From contig JAADCY010000146.1 in assembly GCA_013154205.1 (NCBI GenBank), forward strand, positions 1-47,831: DNA of 47,831 nt, written 5' to 3'. Below are positions 26,118-32,680 of this stretch, piece after piece. The stretch comes from Thermoproteota archaeon. GTDB taxonomy: Archaea; Thermoproteota; Thermoprotei_A; Sulfolobales; Desulfurococcaceae. Both the position numbers and the translations under genes were made by a program. Numbering within the stretch: position 1 is the stretch's first letter; the number at the start of each line of letters is the position of its first letter. The notes under the pieces were generated by a model, which did no database searches, was not told the origin of the DNA, and saw only the letters and a program-made list of their open reading frames with translations.

Positions 26118-26477
26118 ATATAAACTTTACCCATGATGAGAGCCTACGATTTCCAGTGGAAATAGGGGTTCTTCATCTGGAAATTTAGTTAGAAAAACAA
26201 ACCAAAAACATAAATAAGAGCGATCCAAGAAAAACTTTTAAACCATAAAATTCAACCTAAAAATATTGACATCAAGGAAACCAAAACACCATCCTAAAAA
26301 CATAACAAGAACGGAGTAATACTCCGGAAAAATTAGAGATTCTAACTTCGAAAAACTTAAAAATAGATTTCAGAGATGCTGACAAAGAATTGAAACTAGG
26401 GGTATTTAAATCCGATTTCTGCCATGGAAAACCTCATCGAAAAAAACAAATATCCCCTTATATACTTTTGCCAACCT

Positions 26478-26513
26478 AAAAATGTTGAAAACTCGGTGGG
26501 ATTCAACATTTTT
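26478..26513. other. 12-bp perfect-stem hairpin AAAAATGTTGAA-N12-TTCAACATTTTT
   Basis: Read directly. It sits where plus-strand composition flips from A/C-rich to G/T-rich. Confidence 0.8.
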
Positions 26514-26598
26514 ATCTAGAAAATTTGACCCACTTTCACCGTGTTCTATATAATATATATAGGAAAAGGTGAAAAAGTCGGCTAAATTTATCATTACA

Positions 26599-26805
26599 AT
26601 GAATGCGATAGTGTATTTTGTCTTTTTGTTTTTGAACCTGTTATGTCTAGTACTGTCTTTATTCTGTGCTTGTTTTTGTACAGTTTTTCTTGGTGTTTCC
26701 GATGGGGTTTTTGGTAACTCCCCGGTTTACGATGAGGTTGTACTACGATATTACACTGTAAATGTACATGAAATTTATTTAAAGTGCTATGATGATTCTT
26801 CATAG
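26599..26805 (+). CDS. Small Cys-rich membrane protein
   Basis: Track ORF 26569..26805. I prefer ATG 26599, about 40 nt after the TATATAATATATATA box. TM segment VYFVFLFLNLLCLVLSLFCACFCTVFL. Contains the 15-mer copy at 26716-26730. Confidence 0.45.
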   Translation: MNAIVYFVFLFLNLLCLVLSLFCACFCTVFLGVSDGVFGNSPVYDEVVLRYYTVNVHEIYLKCYDDSS

Positions 26806-26845
26806 TTATATAATACATGTATATCTATTATTAACTTGAGGGTGG

Positions 26846-27472
26846 ATGGTGGTGGCTGGTAATAAGTGGTTGTGTGTATTGTTTTCTCCGTTGAGGTGTT
26901 ATCGTTGTGGTGAAGATGGTTGCCTAGGCTGTAAGTTTATCGGTGTTGTTAAGGATGCAAGGGATGTTCTCAAGTTTATTGGTGGGTTTAAGAGTTTGAG
27001 AGACCTTGTTGTTAAGCTATGTGATTTTCTCGGTTATGGTGGTGGGAGTGTTGTTAGTGATTTGTTCTATGTTAGGCGTGGTGGTTATGCATCGTATGTT
27101 TTGTTCTATGTTCCTGAGGAAAGTAGTGATATGGTTGAGTCTGAGCTTAGGCGTAATATGGTGGCGTTGAACGGTGTTGTGGCTGGTTATCGTGTTGTTT
27201 TTAGGGGTGATGGTGTTGTATGGTATGCTGTGAAGCCGGTTGATCCTGGTGTGTTGTGGGATTTTCTATGGTTTTTGTCTGGGCTGGTTTGTCGGGTGTG
27301 GTGTGTTAGGGGTGCTGGGTTCAGTGTTGTTGGTGGTGCTCTGCACCGTGTACGCTATGTGTACACGTGGCTCAAAGACCCGTTCAGACGAGACATACCC
27401 GAAGTAGACACGCGGGACGTTAAGAAATACGTGGAGGAACTACTGCGGAGGAAGAAAACCATAATAATATAA
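26846..27472 (+). CDS. Zinc-finger protein next to the hub (candidate DNA-binding / initiator-type factor, function unknown)
   Basis: ORF track, 208 aa. N-terminal CYRCGEDGCLGC. GAGGGTGGA lies upstream of the ATG. Codon usage switches near 27340. Confidence 0.7.
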   Translation: MVVAGNKWLCVLFSPLRCYRCGEDGCLGCKFIGVVKDARDVLKFIGGFKSLRDLVVKLCDFLGYGGGSVVSDLFYVRRGGYASYVLFYVPEESSDMVESELRRNMVALNGVVAGYRVVFRGDGVVWYAVKPVDPGVLWDFLWFLSGLVCRVWCVRGAGFSVVGGALHRVRYVYTWLKDPFRRDIPEVDTRDVKKYVEELLRRKKTIII

Positions 27473-27480
27473 GAGGCGTA

Positions 27481-27951
27481 TTATTTATTCTGTTTTTCTT
27501 CGAGTTCTTTATATATTTTTACTGCGAGGGCTTCTGGCTCTGTTTTTTCCGGATCGATTATTATTTTATAGCTGTGAGCATTATGTGGCATCGCCTCTAT
27601 CACTATGTCTTTCTTTCTGAACGGTAGTTTTATTACTAGCATACCCGGTTTTAGTGTAAGGGCGTAGTAGTATCCGGGTATGAAGGACGCCTTTATTGTT
27701 GTGCCGTCCTTCTTTATGAGTTGTTTTATGAAGCGTGATAGCCATTTTCCACGTTTTGTCTTTGATGATATTATCTTGTCTATCATGTAGCTTGCTAGTA
27801 CTGGTATTGTTATTACTCCTAGTGCGGGATTTAGTATTGTTCCTAGAACGGCTATGCCGTAGCCGGCATCTAGTATGTTTGGTGCTTTAAAGCGTAGCTT
27901 CCATATCCGTATTTCTTTTTCCTTTGGTTTAACAAGTGAGATGGAAGGCAT
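27481..27951 (-). CDS. Hypothetical protein with a central hydrophobic segment
   Basis: ORF track, 156 aa. Confidence 0.65.
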   Translation of the reverse strand: MPSISLVKPKEKEIRIWKLRFKAPNILDAGYGIAVLGTILNPALGVITIPVLASYMIDKIISSKTKRGKWLSRFIKQLIKKDGTTIKASFIPGYYYALTLKPGMLVIKLPFRKKDIVIEAMPHNAHSYKIIIDPEKTEPEALAVKIYKELEEKQNK

Positions 27952-27998
27952 TATATCACCATACTATAGTTTGTTTTTGATATATATTTATAGATGAT

Positions 27999-28775
27999 TT
28001 ATCTTGGTATTAGGAGTGTGGCTTGTTTTAGCCGTGTTTTCGGTATTTTTATCTGTGTGTGGAACCAGATGTTGTGGGGTAGTCGTGGCTGGCTGGGTGG
28101 CCGTGGTTTCTGTACGGCGGTTTTTCTGGCCTGTGGTTTCATTGTTGTCTTGGTTGTTGGGCCTAGCCATACCTTGTCGTGTCCCCGCCATAGTGTTTTA
28201 CCGTTTACCGTTAGTATTATGTCTAGCTTGTTCGGGCCGGGATGGGGGCTCGGCGCTAGCTGTGCGGCGGGTATTTTGACGCGTATTGAGCCGTCCCGGA
28301 TTGTCCGGCGTGTCAGCTCTAGTGTCTTTGTTTTGCCGGTGTCGTGGTCGCGGACGTGGAGCATGATCGTTGCGGGGATGCCGGGTTTTGACTGGCTGTA
28401 CTGTAGGATTACTACTAGGCCTGTGTTGAGTGGGTAGACCCAGTAATGTATTAGTTTAGGATTGTTCTTGTTTTCTTTTGCAGTGATGTTTATCGGTATT
28501 TTTTGCGCTCCTACTTCTAGCAGGTATGCTCCGGGCTTGTTGAACGCGGCTAGGAGTGTGATTGTGCCATGGTCTCCCTGTAGGTTTATCGGTATGATGT
28601 CTCCGGGGGCTAGTGTGCCTCCGCCGAGTGATGTGCGGTACCCGGTGTTTGATATTGCTTCTATTATTCTTATTGTTGCTTCTCCGTTCTCGGGTGCTTT
28701 GAGCAATCTGATCTTGTCCTGTGTCTTTGTCCATCTCGCCCCAATCTCTATATACTGGTTTGGCGGTGCCTGCAT
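27999..28775 (-). CDS. Beta-rich hypothetical protein
   Basis: ORF track, 258 aa of natural composition. The three overlapping plus-strand ORFs (27994.., 28004.., 28462..) are G/T-skew artefacts rich in C, V, W and F. Confidence 0.7.
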   Translation of the reverse strand: MQAPPNQYIEIGARWTKTQDKIRLLKAPENGEATIRIIEAISNTGYRTSLGGGTLAPGDIIPINLQGDHGTITLLAAFNKPGAYLLEVGAQKIPINITAKENKNNPKLIHYWVYPLNTGLVVILQYSQSKPGIPATIMLHVRDHDTGKTKTLELTRRTIRDGSIRVKIPAAQLAPSPHPGPNKLDIILTVNGKTLWRGHDKVWLGPTTKTTMKPQARKTAVQKPRPPSQPRLPHNIWFHTQIKIPKTRLKQATLLIPR

Positions 28776-28888
28776 TTCTGGTCACTCGTGTTTATTCTTT
28801 TGTTTTTCTTGGTATTTATTGGTGGTTTTCTCGTCGTGTGGGTTTTTATAGTGTCCTGTATCCTTATCTATAGTATGGTGATGGATGT

Positions 28889-29071
28889 ATGTGTGCGGAG
28901 CACGTGTCCCGGCCCCTCCTCCCCGGTGGGCGTTCGGCTACTTTTCCGGCCCAGGTATGGAGGAATGGGGACAGCCTAGTAGTCACCATCAAGAAGCGTG
29001 TAGTCGAGAAGCTCGGATTGAAGCCCGGTGACAACGTCCTCATAACAATAACCGTGCTGGGTGAGCAGTGA
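28889..29071 (+). CDS. AbrB/SpoVT-like DNA-binding protein
   Basis: SLVVTIKKRVVEKLGLKPGDNVLITI is a canonical AbrB/MazE-type swapped hairpin. TTTTTATAG box upstream. Confidence 0.7.
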   Translation: MCAEHVSRPLLPGGRSATFPAQVWRNGDSLVVTIKKRVVEKLGLKPGDNVLITITVLGEQ

Positions 29072-29394
29072 TGATGAACACTTACCGTGTAGAGGAGATC
29101 TATCTCGTGAACCGTGAGAAGCACAAGGTTAAGGCCCAGTTCTGGAGGAACAGCAACGGGCGCCTGATAAGGGCGTTTATCTTCACCGACTACGAGGGCG
29201 AGACAGGGGACAGGATAGTGAAGGCACACGTGGTCGTAGCCGTCTCCGACCTAGTAGCCTCCGCGAGCATCGACATGGAGCGCTGGAGGCCCGGCGGCAC
29301 CACCCACGTCAAGAAACATGTGGAAGCCTCAAGCATAGCGAGGACAAGCCCCCAGAAAATCCACGACATGATCAAAAAATCAAGAGGAGGTTGA
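29068..29394 (+). CDS. Hypothetical protein coupled to the AbrB-like gene
   Basis: ORF track, 108 aa. 4-nt overlap with the upstream gene. Confidence 0.6.
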   Translation: MMMNTYRVEEIYLVNREKHKVKAQFWRNSNGRLIRAFIFTDYEGETGDRIVKAHVVVAVSDLVASASIDMERWRPGGTTHVKKHVEASSIARTSPQKIHDMIKKSRGG

Positions 29395-29400
29395 GAAGTA

Positions 29401-29583
29401 ATGGTTAGGGTCGAGGTTGATCTTAGGCTCGTTGTTGATGTTGATGAGGAGACAGCGAAGCTACTAATGATATTGCCGGCGTTTGACAGGGACTCGCTTG
29501 CACAGATAGTGTCGAAGCTGATCGCTATACAGAAGGCACAGATTGGGATACAGGTGAAGAAGCATAAGGAGGCTGGTAAGTGA
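29401..29583 (+). CDS. RHH-like small protein
   Basis: VRVEVDLRLVVDVDEETAKLLMIL...LAQIVSKLIAIQ resembles the C-terminus of 9929..10882. Confidence 0.5.
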   Translation: MVRVEVDLRLVVDVDEETAKLLMILPAFDRDSLAQIVSKLIAIQKAQIGIQVKKHKEAGK

Positions 29584-29804
29584 TGAATAAAGTTATTATC
29601 GAGCTTCATGTCGAACCATCGGGACATAAGGTAATAGATGAGTTACGGAGCATGGCATTCCAGTTTAATGAAGGTAATATTAGCGAGTATGATGTACTAG
29701 ATTATCTTAAACAAATGATTCATACTGATAGGATTATTCTCTGGGAACTGAATATCAAGGAATCAAGGAGGCTGGTAAGTGATGGGGTGGAAGAAGGGCA
29801 GTAA
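29580..29804 (+). CDS. Small hypothetical protein
   Basis: ORF track, 74 aa. Shares a 20-nt junction repeat with the preceding gene, read in a different frame. Confidence 0.5.
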   Translation: MMNKVIIELHVEPSGHKVIDELRSMAFQFNEGNISEYDVLDYLKQMIHTDRIILWELNIKESRRLVSDGVEEGQ

Positions 29805-29967
29805 GGCTGGCAGGTGTAGGGAGTGTTGGTACTATGTCGGCCTACGTAGCGGCGGCCCCTACTGCCGCAAGCACCACAAGAAGATATCGCCGTACATGGA
29901 GCGTTGCCACGATTATCTACCCGTATGGCTACACTACGGCAGAAAACCAAAGATGACCATGGGGTGA
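29779..29967 (+). CDS. Small Cys/His-rich basic protein
   Basis: ORF track, 62 aa: CRECWYY...CRKHH...CHD. Confidence 0.5.
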   Translation: MMGWKKGSKAGRCRECWYYVGLRSGGPYCRKHHKKISPYMERCHDYLPVWLHYGRKPKMTMG

Positions 29968-29974
29968 ACAAGTA

Positions 29975-30241
29975 GTGTATGGTAGTGTTCTTGAGCCTGT
30001 ACTATTGTTTAACAAGATGCTTATGGAGCTAAAGGAAGAATATGAACGACTGAGATGTCCTATTGAGAGATATTGTCCTTATTGTGAGGAGGACTGCCTA
30101 GGCAACTACGAGTACTGCCCGATATACGTTAGGTGTCGGGATGCCGAAATCGTTGTCAGATGCATATTTGAGGCAGTGCCTATAACATGGCGTGACATCC
30201 CTTCTCTCATCAATAGATTCCTAGAGGGGGCGAGCAATTAA
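29975..30241 (+). CDS. Cys-rich small protein
   Basis: ORF track, 88 aa: CPIERYCPYCEEDCLGNYEYCPIYVRC. Confidence 0.55.
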   Translation: MYGSVLEPVLLFNKMLMELKEEYERLRCPIERYCPYCEEDCLGNYEYCPIYVRCRDAEIVVRCIFEAVPITWRDIPSLINRFLEGASN

Positions 30242-30594
30242 TGGTTGATATGTCTATGGTTGTATGGCATAGTAGGGTTGAAACCACGGGTTTCATGGCG
30301 TGGGGCCTCCATAGATATGGCTTGTATGACAAGGAGAGGGTGCTTGAGTTCCAGAAGACAGTGTGGACTTACCACTATGAAATATACACTGAGCATGTCG
30401 ATAACTATGATGTGGCTAACGAGGCAATAGTGTCGTTAATGATGCGGTACATGTATGGTCTGCCACATCCCGACGACTATGGCGTGTATCCTGATAAGTA
30501 TATGGTGTTGGAGCTGTGTTGTAATCCGTGGTATTATTACTGGTGGATGTACGACGAGATACTAGACCCAATATTCAGTAGTAGGAGGCGATAA
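30241..30594 (+). CDS. Hypothetical protein (W/Y-rich)
   Basis: ORF track, 117 aa. TAATG coupling with the upstream gene. Confidence 0.6.
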   Translation: MVDMSMVVWHSRVETTGFMAWGLHRYGLYDKERVLEFQKTVWTYHYEIYTEHVDNYDVANEAIVSLMMRYMYGLPHPDDYGVYPDKYMVLELCCNPWYYYWWMYDEILDPIFSSRRR

Positions 30595-30597
30595 AAC

Positions 30598-30945
30598 ATG
30601 GTGCTGGATAGGTTTGAGGCTGTTCTTTCGTTTGACGAGTTTGTCCGTGTGTGGGAGAGGATTTTGAGGCGGAGCCTCGTGATTGTTAGTAGTTGTCGTG
30701 ATGTGGAGGATAAGGATGTATTGGTGGGTAAGAAGGTTGAATGCACATATACTATTATGGTGGCGTGGGCACGGAGCGTGTTTGGACAAGTGTTTGGCCG
30801 TGAGCCTGTTACTGTGAAGTATGTTGTTACAAGCTATAATGGTGGGCTCGGCGATACCGTTAGCTTCACGGTGGTTGGTGGTTTCCGTGGGGTTAGGGCT
30901 GTGAAGAAGATCATCGGGGAGGTACTGGGGGAGGTGAATGATTGA
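30598..30945 (+). CDS. Hypothetical protein
   Basis: ORF track, 115 aa. Confidence 0.6.
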   Translation: MVLDRFEAVLSFDEFVRVWERILRRSLVIVSSCRDVEDKDVLVGKKVECTYTIMVAWARSVFGQVFGREPVTVKYVVTSYNGGLGDTVSFTVVGGFRGVRAVKKIIGEVLGEVND

Positions 30946-31103
30946 TGCCTTGGAGTGTTCTTGATCGTGAGCTTGAGTTGTTGGGGCGTCGTAAGCGGAT
31001 AGAGGAGGTCTGCGGCGACCATGGGATGGCTGAGTGGTATGAGCGACGTATCGAGAGGCTAAGGCGGGAGAAGGAACGACTGGAAAGAATGAGGAGGTGG
31101 TGA
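30945..31103 (+). CDS. Small helical R/E-rich protein, 52 aa (below track cutoff)
   Basis: My own translation: MPWSVLDRELELLGRRKRIEEVCGDHGMAEWYERRIERLRREKERLERMRRW. TGATG coupling with the upstream gene. Confidence 0.45.
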   Translation: MPWSVLDRELELLGRRKRIEEVCGDHGMAEWYERRIERLRREKERLERMRRW

Positions 31104-31118
31104 AGGGTGGTACGGATT

Positions 31119-31241
31119 ATGGATAAAAAATGTTATGATGAGTGTATGTCGAAATGTTTTCTTGATATGGATGAATGTATCAAGACATGTACAGAGCAGT
31201 GTGAGATACTAGCAGAGACACGTATAGGAGGTGCTAGGTGA
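31119..31241 (+). CDS. CX3C-repeat mini-protein, 40 aa (below track cutoff)
   Basis: My own translation: MDKKCYDECMSKCFLDMDECIKTCTEQCEILAETRIGGAR. An alternative GTG start lies at 31107. The stop overlaps the next start. Confidence 0.4.
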   Translation: MDKKCYDECMSKCFLDMDECIKTCTEQCEILAETRIGGAR

Positions 31242-31552
31242 TGCGGTTTATTCATCCTAGGGTTATAGACTATATATTTGGTGAGGGAAGCTGTGGTCTT
31301 GTTGCTACTATGAGGAATTATCGGTATAGAGTGGGGCATAGTATCCGTGTAAGGGTTGGGAATAAGGTGTTTTGTGGTAATGTTCTTGCTGTTGTTGATA
31401 ATACTAGGGAGAACGCGGAGAAGTATGTGGAGTATAGTGGTTTTAACAGTGTTGATGAGTGGCTTGGCGAGGCTATTAGATTGCATCATGGTAGGAGGCC
31501 GAAGTATATTGTCTTGGTAAAGCTCTGGGACTGCGGGACAAATAAGAGGTGA
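31238..31552 (+). CDS. Hypothetical protein (weak ASCH/PUA-like resemblance)
   Basis: ORF track, 104 aa. Pattern RVGHSIRVRVGNKVF...AEKYVEYSGFNSVDEWL...YIVLVKL. The family call is tentative. Confidence 0.55.
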   Translation: MMRFIHPRVIDYIFGEGSCGLVATMRNYRYRVGHSIRVRVGNKVFCGNVLAVVDNTRENAEKYVEYSGFNSVDEWLGEAIRLHHGRRPKYIVLVKLWDCGTNKR

Positions 31553-31559
31553 CTGGACT

Positions 31560-32087
31560 GTGGTTGAGAAGGGTTTCTGGGATAAGTGGGAGAAAGCCGG
31601 TGAGCATGAGAAAATGGAGCTTGCAAGGCATGTGGCTGAACGAATAATGGAAACATGTAGTGCTATGAGTAATAGCTATAATAAATGGATACATTGTATT
31701 GCGTCACTGATTAAGATCTATCTAGATAGTTATCGCGCATACATGGTCGAGATACTGCCCGGCACAAGCGATTACCGTGTAATTGATCTATGTGATTGTA
31801 GCCTTGACGACGATATGCCGGAGCATGAGAAGCTCAACAAACTACTTAACATGGTTACAGCTTTTGTCCATGAAAACTATGGTGTGTGGCTAATACCTCA
31901 TGAGCCGAAAAAGATAGGCAGGGGTATATATTTGTGCAGATTCGGCGTGAAGAACAATCCCAGGATGTGTTTTGACCACTACACCTACGAGGTACACCTG
32001 TACTATGATGGGAAATGCCCATGTATTAAGGTAATTATTGATAATATAAACGAAGTAATACCACATATTAATAACGGTGAAGAGTAA
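31560..32087 (+). CDS. Hypothetical protein
   Basis: ORF track, 175 aa. Confidence 0.65.
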   Translation: MVEKGFWDKWEKAGEHEKMELARHVAERIMETCSAMSNSYNKWIHCIASLIKIYLDSYRAYMVEILPGTSDYRVIDLCDCSLDDDMPEHEKLNKLLNMVTAFVHENYGVWLIPHEPKKIGRGIYLCRFGVKNNPRMCFDHYTYEVHLYYDGKCPCIKVIIDNINEVIPHINNGEE

Positions 32088-32680
32088 TGCCTGATATGGG
32101 TTTTCTCCGGGTTCTTGAGGACTTGGAGCAGTACGGGTTCTATCCATGGGGAGGGACGGAGACCATGCATAAGGACACGTTATTATTGCTTCAGAAGAGG
32201 CCGTGGCAGTTCCAGTGGCATACAAATATGCCGGTCATCCGTCTCGATGAGAGGCTGACACGTGATGATAGGTTGAAATCGACGGTTACGGATACATATT
32301 TCGTGGAGCCAGACCCCGAGCTGATGGGGTACCACTATCCCAAGTTCTATGTACGCTTACTGGGTGTTAGGCCGTGGGCGTTCTACAACGATATGCTGGA
32401 CGATCTAGGCTATATATTGGAGGAGGAACCACCATACTATGAGACATGGATACATGAGGAGGGCGAACCTAGTGCTGAGGAGGAAGAGCAGGATGCGATC
32501 CAGCGCCACCAGAGGCTTCTAGACGAGCTTGTGGGGAAGCTGAGAGAGATAGGAGTTAAGATATACTGTGAAGAGATCGATGAAAACGAGGACTATATTG
32601 ACTGCTACATAGTGTACCGTGGTGAAGAGTTCTCGATAACCGATGAAATAATAGACGAGTTCCAAGAAGGTGAACAATAA
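32087..32680 (+). CDS. Acidic hypothetical protein
   Basis: ORF track, 197 aa. TAATG coupling on both sides. Confidence 0.7.
   Translation: MPDMGFLRVLEDLEQYGFYPWGGTETMHKDTLLLLQKRPWQFQWHTNMPVIRLDERLTRDDRLKSTVTDTYFVEPDPELMGYHYPKFYVRLLGVRPWAFYNDMLDDLGYILEEEPPYYETWIHEEGEPSAEEEEQDAIQRHQRLLDELVGKLREIGVKIYCEEIDENEDYIDCYIVYRGEEFSITDEIIDEFQEGEQ

Larger units (their letters stand above)
25377..26168 (+). promoter_or_regulatory. Cluster of five direct-orientation ORB-like boxes (C/T)TCCAGTGGAAA(C/T)
   Basis: CTCCAGTGGAAAC occurs at 25379-25391, 25674-25686, 25837-25849 and 25924-25936. TTCCAGTGGAAAT at 26151-26163 is followed by GGGG at 26165-26168. Four boxes are followed 12-30 nt later by a GAAA(A)AC element (TTAGAAAAAC, TTCGAAACAC, ATGAAAAACAC, TTAGAAAAACA). 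Confidence 0.8.
24783..26568. other. 1.8-kb gene-free hub: candidate replication origin / cis-acting control region
   Basis: No credible ORF; track ORFs 25147..25395, 25239..25421 and 26406..26594 are low-complexity. Contains the iteron array, five ORB-like boxes, an A/C low-complexity tract (25260-25320), AT-rich stretches, palindromes, and the strand-composition switch. Confidence 0.7.

Noticed and set aside
26133-26180. Possible C/D-box sRNA: ATGATGA (C box) at 26133-26139 just upstream of ORB box 5. A similar AATGATGA occurs at about 3609.
   Set aside because: No CTGA D box at the expected 45-60-nt distance, no C'/D' pair, and no terminal stem.
26406-26594. Track ORF 26406..26594 (-) at the right end of the hub.
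   Set aside because: It spans the 12-bp hairpin and the TATA box of the rightward gene. It has no upstream promoter of its own within the G/T-rich side, and its composition is unconvincing. I cannot exclude it, but it is not supported.
27994-28851. Plus-strand track ORFs 27994..28437, 28004..28279 and 28462..28851, and minus-strand 27988..28191 and 28456..28785.
   Set aside because: They overlap the well-formed 258-aa ORF 27999..28775 (-). Their products are C/V/W/F/G- or T/R/H/N-rich low-complexity sequence, explained by the strong G/T skew.
28889-29394. AbrB-like gene plus a coupled 108-aa gene as a toxin-antitoxin pair.
   Set aside because: The partner shows none of the PIN (acidic quartet), MazF or RelE-type features that I can recognise. 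Coupling alone is ubiquitous in this operon.
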